From the IMG/VR virus record IMGVR_UViG_3300027809_000002: a stretch of DNA of 64,000 nt. The stretch is one strand, 5' to 3'. Position numbers and translations under genes: made by a program. Under the pieces are notes generated by a model that saw only the letters and a program-made list of their open reading frames with translations, was not told where the DNA came from and made no database searches. This DNA comes from a virus. Below, in pieces: positions 1 through 7,180 of the stretch. Within the stretch, counting starts at the first letter, position 1, and each line of letters starts with the position of its first letter.

Positions 1-25
1 AAAAATATTTTCAAAATGAAAAATC

Positions 26-37
26 GAACAATTGTTC
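26..37. repeat. perfect 12-bp palindrome GAACAATTGTTC
   Basis: Read directly. It shares the AACAAT/ATTGTT half-site with the palindrome at 1235-1246. Confidence 0.9.
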
Positions 38-240
38 TAATTTAAATATTTAGATTTTCATATATAATTAAATTGTAATATGTAAATATATTAGGATCAT
101 ACCTTGAAAAAATTATGGATGGATCGCGTATTATTTTTATATTGTAATTTAATAATATAGATAATTAGAAACCGGATCATAACGCAAATAATTAATATCA
201 ACCTTAAAATTCATAATATCAAAAATAGAATTAGTTACTG

Positions 241-720
241 TATATAAGCCCTTCTATATAGCGCCTTATATATAAGCCCTCTTATATGTACTTGTATATG
301 CACTTGTTGTATATGTCCTTCTATATGGGTTGTTGTATATGTATGCTTATATATGGCCGTATATATAGCGCCTTGTATAGTATGTATGTGTATAGTGTAT
401 GATGTAATGTATTGTACGCATTGTATAACGTACTGTATTAGCTCATATACAGCGTTTAGATATAGAGTAATACAAATAGGTTACTATATGTAGGATGTAC
501 GTATATAGGCGCGTATGTACTGTTATATATGTTGCTATATATAAGGCTTATCATATGCGGTATATGTACCTATATATCCATACCTACTATATGTACCATG
601 TGTACCATATGTACCATGTTCCCTATATACCATAACCATAACAACCGCGATATATACAGCTGATATATATAGGCTATGGTATGTACTGTATATGTACTAT
701 ATGTAAGCGCGTATATAGTG
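241..720. repeat. degenerate tandem array of roughly 30 units, each starting TATAT(A/G) followed by a 5-10 nt tail containing G/C
   Basis: TATATAAGCCC occurs at 241-251 and 269-279. TATATAGCGCC occurs at 255-265 and 362-372. There are many TATATGTAC(C/T) units. No credible ORF on either strand. Confidence 0.8.
591..639. repeat. 9-bp tandem repeat (A/G)TGTACCAT x3, decaying into GTTCCCTAT / ATACCAT / AACCAT
   Basis: Read directly. It produces the MVHMVHMVH artefact in minus-strand ORF 570..911. Confidence 0.85.
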
Positions 721-1100
721 TAGTAGTATGCGTATGTGTATGTAGTGTAGTGTGAGTGCGTATGCATGTGTGTACAGTGTGTATGTGTATAGTATGTGTG
801 TATGTATAGTAGTAGTGTGTAGTAGTATGCAATGAGTACACAATGCAATAGTGTATGAGTGTACAATGAGATAAGATAACATAGTACATTGATACATTGT
901 AAGGTTATCAATTACCAGTTAATAAGTAACGTGTAATACGTAGGATGTAATATAAAGTGTCTAACAGTACGTATAAGAGTAGTTAGTGTGTAGTAATACA
1001 ATTGCATTAGTATGTAGTGTAGAATGTAATACAGTACAATCTGAGAGGTCAATTAGTAGTATATTGGGTGATTTTTGATAAAACAGTATAGTATAGAGTG
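700..1100 (+). repeat. C-depleted G/T/A low-complexity tract (GTAGT / TATG / TGTG words)
   Basis: I count only 6 C in 721-840. The 14-mer GTGTAGTAGTATGC is repeated at 718-731 and 817-830. Confidence 0.8.
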
Positions 1101-1108
1101 TATTTGAT

Positions 1109-1275
1109 GGAATATTTGAGTGTATTATGTAGTGTGCCATGTGAGTATGTATGTATGCATTGGGGAATTTTGAGTGATGCAGTAAGGGAATTGTGAGCGT
1201 GATACAGTAACGTACAGTCGTCATGTTCCAGTGAATTGTTAACAATCGAGCCGAGTTCATGGGAATTTTCGAGTG
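1109..1275 (+). repeat. four copies of the box GGAAT(T/A)T(T/G)(C)GAG(T/C)G
   Basis: GGAATATTTGAGTG at 1109-1122, GGAATTTTGAGTG at 1164-1176, GGAATTGTGAGCG at 1187-1199, GGAATTTTCGAGTG at 1262-1275. Confidence 0.75.
1235..1246. repeat. perfect 12-bp palindrome ATTGTTAACAAT
   Basis: Read directly. It lies between box copies 3 and 4. Confidence 0.9.
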
Positions 1276-1386
1276 TCTTTCATACAGTAATTTATGCATA
1301 GTACCACGCAATTTCAAGCTGCACAATTACAAAGTAAAAACATTACCGTACATAACTAATGTTACGTTGCATATGTAGAGCCGTAA

Positions 1387-1544
1387 GGGTGGGTGGTTTA
1401 CATTCTGCTATATATACGAACAAATATTCGGCCGCATGACCCCACTTTCTCTCACACGGATAACCTGCATAATCACCTTATAATCTTGCATAATTACATC
1501 CATTTATACAAAGGGGAGGGGGTGGTTTCGACTATATACTCGAC
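1387..1544 (+). repeat. two copies of a composite motif: G-run, then GGTGGTTT, then CTATATA..C(G/TC)GA(A)C
   Basis: Copy 1 is GGGTGGGTGGTTT at 1387-1399 plus CTATATATACGAAC at 1408-1421. Copy 2 is GGGGAGGGGGTGGTTT at 1513-1528 plus CGACTATATACTCGAC at 1529-1544. Confidence 0.7.
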
Positions 1545-1565
1545 AATTCATCGACTGTATCCGAC
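1528..1565 (+). repeat. four (T/C)CGAC boxes spaced 12, 11 and 10 nt apart (iteron-like)
   Basis: TCGAC at 1528, 1540 and 1551; CCGAC at 1561. Looser TCGAC/TCGAA/TCGGA copies continue to about 1748. Confidence 0.6.
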
Positions 1566-1762
1566 TAACTAAATATATAATATGGACGAATTCAGAAACC
1601 GCGATATATCAACGTTTCACTCGACTTTTACTCGTATATACAATCGGATAAGTATAAATCAGTATCAGTCCGAATATAATAATAAGTTTGTACAAATTAT
1701 GTTGCTTATATTTTCCATTACATATATAATCGAATTAATTCAATCGAAAGGGATGATTAACT

Positions 1763-2011
1763 TTGGATCAATGTTATAAATGCAAGAGGGCAATACCGAC
1801 ATACGAAACTAACGTTGGAAGTAATAACGAAGATTTATGTAACGCTTGCTATTCAGACCAAACAAACTCAACATTAACCGATTTCCAATTAGCAGCTAAG
1901 ATTCAAAAATTCGCTTTAGACATTAATCGCGGATTAACTTATCCACTTGAATCATTAGATCGTTTAATCGCGCTTGGTGAAGCTGCTAAGAAATTTAAGG
2001 AGAACAATTAA
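1763..2011 (+). CDS. hypothetical small protein with two CxxC pairs (zinc-ribbon-like)
   Basis: TTG start about 9 nt after AAAGGGA. Contains CYKC...CNAC. First gene of the rightward early block. Confidence 0.5.
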   Translation: MDQCYKCKRAIPTYETNVGSNNEDLCNACYSDQTNSTLTDFQLAAKIQKFALDINRGLTYPLESLDRLIALGEAAKKFKENN

Positions 2012-2012
2012 T

Positions 2013-2198
2013 ATGAAAGCAGCTTATTTAAACGGTAAATATTATCTTGCTGAAGATCATGATGCATTCGGTTGGTACGGTTATGAAATTACAAAAGAAG
2101 CTTATGAAGCTTTGAAGAAATGTGATATCAGCGAAAATGATGTAGACTTGAATGAATATGACAAGGAATTATATAAAGCTGAGGTGTTGGATCAGTGA
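2013..2198 (+). CDS. hypothetical protein (61 aa)
   Basis: ATG 10 nt after AAGGAG. Tightly packed with its neighbours. Confidence 0.5.
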   Translation: MKAAYLNGKYYLAEDHDAFGWYGYEITKEAYEALKKCDISENDVDLNEYDKELYKAEVLDQ

Positions 2199-2428
2199 GA
2201 ATTAAATGGGAAGAAAGTATATATGATGTTCTAGAAAAAGAAAATGACGATCAATCGTTAAAAATACAATTAAGTGACGGTACTTTTAAATGGTTAGATG
2301 TATCCGATGTAGACGAAATTGAAATTGAATGTAATAATTGTGACGAAGAAGTTTTTGTTGAAAATGGTACGTGGGCTTTAGATGCTGGATTATGTGAAAA
2401 ATGCTATTACGCATATCAAGGAGGATAA
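2195..2428 (+). CDS. hypothetical protein with CNNC...CEKC
   Basis: GTG start after GAGGTG. Its start overlaps the upstream stop. Confidence 0.5.
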   Translation: MRIKWEESIYDVLEKENDDQSLKIQLSDGTFKWLDVSDVDEIEIECNNCDEEVFVENGTWALDAGLCEKCYYAYQGG

Positions 2429-2432
2429 AAAT

Positions 2433-2651
2433 ATGAAAAAGTTAATTTTAGCTGGTGCTGTTATTTTAAGTTCAATCGGTCTTGTGGGGTGTCAGCCTCC
2501 TGAAGAAACATTTTATTTTGAAGGCAAGTTAATGAAAGAAAGTCGTATCGCTGATATTATTGAGGATCGTTTAGAACAGCAGCTTGGAGAAGAGAACGGA
2601 ATGGATATTGATGTAGATATCGTTATTAACGAAGAAAGAGAGGATGATTAA
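2433..2651 (+). CDS. putative lipoprotein
   Basis: AAGGAGGA RBS. Signal peptide MKKLILAGAVILSSIGLVGC with lipobox L-V-G-C. Confidence 0.6.
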   Translation: MKKLILAGAVILSSIGLVGCQPPEETFYFEGKLMKESRIADIIEDRLEQQLGEENGMDIDVDIVINEEREDD

Positions 2652-2652
2652 T

Positions 2653-2961
2653 ATGAATTACGAAATTGGTCAAATGGTTGAGTTAAGTTGGGAAGATAAA
2701 GATGGTTATGCGCGTTGGCAATACATGGTTGCTATAAGAAACTTTGATGATAGAACACAATTTATAAAAGAATACGGTGGTCGTTTTATGGAATTTGCAT
2801 CTAAAGATGGATCAGAAAATAAAGAACCGGATTCAAGAGATAAACATAAAATTAAAGTTATTCCGTTGTATCAAAATGGACGACCTGTTTTCTCTAAACG
2901 TTCATTCTTCGGATTAGGCGGTTATAACTTTGAACCAACAACAAAGGATGGTGAAGTTTGA
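2653..2961 (+). CDS. hypothetical protein
   Basis: ATG after GAGGATGA. Coding-like composition. Confidence 0.5.
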   Translation: MNYEIGQMVELSWEDKDGYARWQYMVAIRNFDDRTQFIKEYGGRFMEFASKDGSENKEPDSRDKHKIKVIPLYQNGRPVFSKRSFFGLGGYNFEPTTKDGEV

Positions 2962-3161
2962 TGATGTATTTAGCTTGTTATTGTTTCCTTATAATGATTT
3001 ATACCTTGTTCCGCTCCCTTGCCAACGATAAAGTCAAAGGTGATGTCAGGGTATGGACTATGCTTATATATTTCCCTGTAGCATTATTTTCGGATTATAT
3101 ATTTTCCTTTAAACCTAGCTTAACTGCTGGGTTTTTATTTTGCTTGTTTACAATTAGTTAA
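2961..3161 (+). CDS. small membrane protein
   Basis: TGATG overlap with the upstream stop. Two hydrophobic segments. Confidence 0.45.
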   Translation: MMYLACYCFLIMIYTLFRSLANDKVKGDVRVWTMLIYFPVALFSDYIFSFKPSLTAGFLFCLFTIS

Positions 3162-3209
3162 AGTTATGTTTATAATAAGTTAAATGAAAATTAAGGGAGT
3201 GGATCAGGA

Positions 3210-3416
3210 ATGGCGAAATTAGAATTAACATTAACACATAACGAAGTTGAATCTATAGTTAGACAGTGGGTGCAGGAACATTATTCTGAATTAGATATAA
3301 AAACGATTACAACTTTAACAGGTAAAAAAGCTGAAATAAATATGGAATTCGGTGATAATATCATCCCTATATTTAAAGGTTTTAAATTTCATCTTGACCA
3401 AAAGGAGGGAAAATAG
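3210..3416 (+). CDS. hypothetical protein
   Basis: AAGGGAGTGG RBS. Confidence 0.5.
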   Translation: MAKLELTLTHNEVESIVRQWVQEHYSELDIKTITTLTGKKAEINMEFGDNIIPIFKGFKFHLDQKEGK

Positions 3417-3417
3417 T

Positions 3418-3693
3418 ATGAGTAGCGCATGTACTTGTCATATTAATAAAGATGAATGTTTATGGTGTTTAAAAAGAATAAGGTTTGAAGACAACGGAAA
3501 TATAATACTTATCAATGATGAACATGGAAGTTTGACTGAATTCCAAAAACATGAAGATGGCAATTTATACGTTTGTTCTGAAAATGGCGATGATAGACAA
3601 GTTGCTGGTTCTAAAATAAACAAGAAACAACTAAAAGAGTTAATGTTGTTCTTGGATAAAAATTACGGTTATTTATTGGAGGGTGTAAAATAA
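3418..3693 (+). CDS. hypothetical Cys-rich protein (CTCH..CLWC)
   Basis: AAAGGAGGGAAA RBS upstream of the internal ATG at 3418. Confidence 0.5.
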   Translation: MSSACTCHINKDECLWCLKRIRFEDNGNIILINDEHGSLTEFQKHEDGNLYVCSENGDDRQVAGSKINKKQLKELMLFLDKNYGYLLEGVK

Positions 3694-3745
3694 TAGGTAT
3701 CAAATCGGTATAACCTGTATATGATGTAGAAAAGGAGTGATTAAT

Positions 3746-4228
3746 ATGAAGATCAAAATGGTTCTCTTGAGTATATTGGCAGCTGGAATCCTGACTTCTT
3801 GTTCGGTAAGGGATAATACGGAAAAAACTAAAGAAATTCCAAAAAATGACAATAAAGTTGAAATAATTCAGGAAAATAACCAATTAGAAACTAAGGTTAA
3901 AGACACGCAAAACATCATTAAAATGGCGTTGCGAGAAGCTTATAAGAACGATGAAAAGCTTAGTATATTAGAAACTGATGTTGTTATCGATAAATCAGGT
4001 AGAAACATATCTTTAATTTATAATGTGGATGCTTTTGTGGATCACTTTAAGGTTGACCGTCAAATCGGTAAAGATTATTTCGCTAGTCAGGTTAACTTAG
4101 AACAATGGGGATGGATTAAAAATAAATGCTTTGAATTATACGGAAAAGAAGCTGGGATTACTGCTGCAAGTGACATTACTATCATCATAGTTAATAAGAA
4201 TGACGGAAAAGAGTTAAAGAGATTGTGA
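3746..4228 (+). CDS. putative lipoprotein
   Basis: AAAGGAG RBS. MKIKMVLLSILAAGILTSC with lipobox L-T-S-C. Confidence 0.6.
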   Translation: MKIKMVLLSILAAGILTSCSVRDNTEKTKEIPKNDNKVEIIQENNQLETKVKDTQNIIKMALREAYKNDEKLSILETDVVIDKSGRNISLIYNVDAFVDHFKVDRQIGKDYFASQVNLEQWGWIKNKCFELYGKEAGITAASDITIIIVNKNDGKELKRL

Positions 4229-4257
4229 CCTCACTACCAAGTGGGGTTATTTTTTTC
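4229..4257 (+). terminator. intrinsic terminator
   Basis: Stem CCTCACT/AGTGGGG, loop ACCA, followed by TTATTTTTTT. Confidence 0.75.
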
Positions 4258-4278
4258 GCAAAATTTTAAAAATAAATG

Positions 4279-4307
4279 TGGACAAGTTAAATTAGTTAGT
4301 ATATTAT
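4279..4307 (+). promoter_or_regulatory. sigma-A-like promoter
   Basis: TGGACA, 17 nt spacer, TATTAT. Confidence 0.55.
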
Positions 4308-4337
4308 GGAATTATCACATGAAGGGGGTTGCTAGAA

Positions 4338-4550
4338 ATGAATTTAACTCAAGAAGGATTTATTTTGAAAACTAAGTGTGGGTATTACGTTGCTGTTAGA
4401 AGTATGATTACAGTTTTAGTTACTGATGCATTTAAATCTACATTCTTTGATAATTCAGATAAGGTTGTAGGTTTTCAACAGAATTACTTCGAACAATGGG
4501 GAGAAGAACTAGAAATAATTCCTGTTTACAGAACATTACAATCTTATTGA
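4338..4550 (+). CDS. hypothetical protein
   Basis: GAAGGGGG RBS. Confidence 0.5.
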   Translation: MNLTQEGFILKTKCGYYVAVRSMITVLVTDAFKSTFFDNSDKVVGFQQNYFEQWGEELEIIPVYRTLQSY

Positions 4551-4563
4551 GAGGATGAACGAA

Positions 4564-4803
4564 ATGAATACGATGCAAAAATCTATGTTTATAGATGCGC
4601 TTGTAACTAGGAAGGATAATTTAAAACAATCAGTAGAAGATGCTAAAAAACAAAGTAAAGATTTGAATATATTTCAAACTTACCAAAAAGGTATGATAGA
4701 TGGAGCTGCAATGGCTGTAGAAGAAGAAATTAAATGTTTAGAAACGTACTTAGCTTATTTGCAAGAATGTAAAACTGAAGAGTTGCAAAAGACACTTCAT
4801 TAA
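4564..4803 (+). CDS. hypothetical protein
   Basis: ATG 9 nt after GAGAGG. An alternative start is at 4555. Confidence 0.5.
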   Translation: MNTMQKSMFIDALVTRKDNLKQSVEDAKKQSKDLNIFQTYQKGMIDGAAMAVEEEIKCLETYLAYLQECKTEELQKTLH

Positions 4804-4804
4804 C

Positions 4805-4833
4805 TTGACTGCAATAAAGTTAAAGTTTAGTAT
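4805..4833 (+). promoter_or_regulatory. sigma-A-like promoter with an AAAGTTAAAGTT spacer
   Basis: TTGACT, 17 nt spacer, TAGTAT. Confidence 0.65.
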
Positions 4834-4867
4834 TTAGCTATATTATAAAATTTGGAGGTAATAAGTT

Positions 4868-5140
4868 ATGAAACTTAAAGAAACACGCGTATTTACACAA
4901 CCTAATTGTCCTAATTGTGACCGAGTTAAGGAATTTCTGAATGGAAATGGTTTTGATTATGAAACTGTTGATATAACAAAAGATGCAGCAGCTAAAAAAT
5001 TCCTTGAAGATAGTGGTGTCGCTGCAACTCCTGTAACTCAATTTGTTGTAGAAGAAGATGGTAAAGAAAAGGCGTTTAATGTAATTGGATACAATTTAGC
5101 TGGATTTTCTGATGTAATTGATGAATTGGAGGAAGAATAA
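4868..5140 (+). CDS. glutaredoxin / NrdH-like small redoxin
   Basis: GGAGGT RBS. CPNC active-site motif near the N-terminus of a 90-aa protein, consistent with a thioredoxin fold. Confidence 0.65.
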   Translation: MKLKETRVFTQPNCPNCDRVKEFLNGNGFDYETVDITKDAAAKKFLEDSGVAATPVTQFVVEEDGKEKAFNVIGYNLAGFSDVIDELEEE

Positions 5141-5389
5141 ATGTTTGCTGATGCTAAAGTATTTGATCCGTTAGTATGGAATGAAATTTTAGGAGTTAAG
5201 GTTTCAGGTGTTGATAGAAATGGTGGAGAACATCATGGAGAACTTTATTTGTTAGAAAGTTTCGATGCTGACCAACTTCATTTATACGGTAAAACTCCAA
5301 TGAATGAAGTTAAAATAAGTGAGTTAAAAGAAATCAGTAAAGCTGAAGATGGACAACCTAATTCGTTAGTTCTTACATTAATTAAATAG
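5141..5389 (+). CDS. hypothetical protein
   Basis: Starts immediately after the upstream stop (TAA then ATG). Confidence 0.5.
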   Translation: MFADAKVFDPLVWNEILGVKVSGVDRNGGEHHGELYLLESFDADQLHLYGKTPMNEVKISELKEISKAEDGQPNSLVLTLIK

Positions 5390-5400
5390 GGGGAATTTGA

Positions 5401-5832
5401 ATGTTTGGGAAGAAAGCCTTGAAAGATGAATTAAATTTTCAAAGAAAACAAGTTTTACGTCTTGAAAGTGAAAAATGGGAATTAGCAAGAGATAAAGCTC
5501 AATTAGAAAGAGAAAGAAATAATTTAGAACATAGTCTCACTGGACATAAGGATGCAATTTCTGAATTAAAAAAAGAAGTGAAACGATTGGGAGAAGAAAA
5601 TAAAAGAATAGATGATGACAGATATAATTTAGCGAAAGATTACACGAAATTATCAAAGAGAAAACCAACTAAAGATGAACTTATCGTTCAATTAGCTGAA
5701 CTACTTCTTGATGAAGAAAGAGGTGGAGAATTAGAAAGTTTAGTAAAGCAAATGAATGCAGCTTTAAGAATTAACAAAAATCAACCTGTACCGCAAGGAG
5801 ATGAACCACAATGGATCAACCCACAACCGTAA
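5401..5832 (+). CDS. coiled-coil protein
   Basis: Heptad-rich, E/K/L-rich sequence. GGGGGAA RBS. Confidence 0.5.
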   Translation: MFGKKALKDELNFQRKQVLRLESEKWELARDKAQLERERNNLEHSLTGHKDAISELKKEVKRLGEENKRIDDDRYNLAKDYTKLSKRKPTKDELIVQLAELLLDEERGGELESLVKQMNAALRINKNQPVPQGDEPQWINPQP

Positions 5833-6611
5833 ATAACTTAGAGAATGTAGTTGGAAAAGAAAAGTTAAAGAAGATTGATACAGTCCTTAAAAAGTTCCTT
5901 GCTAAAAATAAAACTGATCCTGATTATCTTAAAGCGTACATTCGTATAGATGATGTAGATTTCGCTGCTACAGATAAAACAGTCGCTTGTATGATTATGT
6001 TCCGTAATAAATATGATACGCGTCATACTGGTATTCATTATTACCAAGAACATGATAAAGAATTCAAGAAAATCGAAAATCAATCGGCTATAGAAGAAAT
6101 AGCTGCTGGTTATCCTGATGTTCCGGCTCTTTATCACAATTTAGATTTAACTGATTACACATCGTTCGAATTGGATCAGAAACAAATTGAAGACTTAATC
6201 AAAGTGAATGATGCTATGATCGACATTTGTAAGATGAAAGGAATTAATCCTGTTTGTAAGCTATTCGCCTTTAATAACATTTTCTTCAGTGTTGAAGGTG
6301 TTAAGGATATGGGTTTCGAATACAAAATACAGCAAGAAAACAATTTAAAAGATTGTATCGACTTCACTTACAATCCTGAATTAATGGCTAACATCCTTAA
6401 ATCGATTAAAGAGTTTAAAAAGTTTGTTAATACAGCTACTTTCTATTATAAAGAAGGTGAATCACTTGTAGTAAGAGCTGTTGATGTTGATTATGAGTAT
6501 ACGTTTATGTTAGCTCGCAAAATATCAGAAGAACCTAAAAAAACTAAAAAGTCACCTGAATTAAAAATTGAAGAAGCGGAAGTATCTTATGCTATGACTA
6601 TAAAAAAATAG
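5811..6611 (+). CDS. hypothetical protein (266 aa)
   Basis: AAGGAG lies 11 nt upstream. Overlaps the upstream gene by 22 nt. Confidence 0.5.
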   Translation: MDQPTTVNNLENVVGKEKLKKIDTVLKKFLAKNKTDPDYLKAYIRIDDVDFAATDKTVACMIMFRNKYDTRHTGIHYYQEHDKEFKKIENQSAIEEIAAGYPDVPALYHNLDLTDYTSFELDQKQIEDLIKVNDAMIDICKMKGINPVCKLFAFNNIFFSVEGVKDMGFEYKIQQENNLKDCIDFTYNPELMANILKSIKEFKKFVNTATFYYKEGESLVVRAVDVDYEYTFMLARKISEEPKKTKKSPELKIEEAEVSYAMTIKK

Positions 6612-6621
6612 GAGTGATTGC

Positions 6622-6987
6622 ATGGAGCTTAAACCGATTTATAAAATTGATGATTTGGTTGAAGTAAAAGATTACTCTCAAGGTAAAACAGGTATCATCC
6701 GTGAAGTTAAAGTCCACTATGAGGATCAGAAGAAACTCGATAGGGACAAAGATAAAAACATCATTGATACAACTGAAATAACAACTCTTGAGATTAAATA
6801 CCTAATCGAATTTGACCATGCAACTGTTTGGTTCGTTCAAGACAGGCTGCAACTTGTCTATGATGAATCCGAAATGGATAAGTTCTTAATAGATATTATG
6901 CTCACTAATCGAAAAAAATACCCACAAATTATTGATGAAACAATCGGAAGGATGGATTTGAATTATGGCGAAACGAGTGACAGTTGA
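6622..6987 (+). CDS. hypothetical protein
   Basis: AGGAGTGA RBS. Confidence 0.5.
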   Translation: MELKPIYKIDDLVEVKDYSQGKTGIIREVKVHYEDQKKLDRDKDKNIIDTTEITTLEIKYLIEFDHATVWFVQDRLQLVYDESEMDKFLIDIMLTNRKKYPQIIDETIGRMDLNYGETSDS

Positions 6988-7180
6988 TTATAAGAATGGT
7001 GAAACAAGATGTTTCGAAGCTGAAGAAACAGGAGATATCGAAAACGCTATAATGGGATTATGTGATACTATCATATTCCCTTTAACTAACGGAACGATGC
7101 AAGTTATTTATATTCCTAATACAATTGGAATCAACTTTGAGCCTGAAGAGATAGAGGTATATGGTGATGACGAAAATTAA
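6965..7180 (+). CDS. small acidic hypothetical protein
   Basis: Overlaps both neighbours. E/D-rich. Confidence 0.45.
   Translation: MAKRVTVDYKNGETRCFEAEETGDIENAIMGLCDTIIFPLTNGTMQVIYIPNTIGINFEPEEIEVYGDDEN

Noticed and set aside
1187-1209. GGAATTGTGAGCG is identical to the left half of the E. coli lac operator, which could suggest vector contamination or a LacI site
   Set aside because: Only 13 nt match. The right half of the operator is absent (TGATACAGTAACG follows). The other three copies of the box diverge from lacO, and the flanks are not vector-like. I treat it as one member of the local box family.
570-1326. Minus-strand ORFs 570..911, 674..889, 697..897 and 961..1326 from the ORF track
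   Set aside because: Their translations are H/T/Y/C/I-rich low-complexity strings (for example MVHMVHMVH and HTHTHT) that mirror the TATAT/GTGT repeats. They have no RBS, three of them overlap each other in different frames, and none resembles a real protein. I treat them as artefacts of a stop-poor repeat composition.
231-1330. Possibility that the repeat mosaic is a CRISPR array
   Set aside because: There is no constant 24-40 bp direct repeat alternating with unique spacers. The units are 9-16 bp and degenerate. No cas genes or leader-like organisation are present.
1582-1779. Plus-strand ORF 1582..1779 (65 aa)
   Set aside because: It has no Shine-Dalgarno sequence upstream. It runs through the TCGAC/TATATA box array, has an odd composition, and overlaps the start of the RBS-supported gene at 1763.
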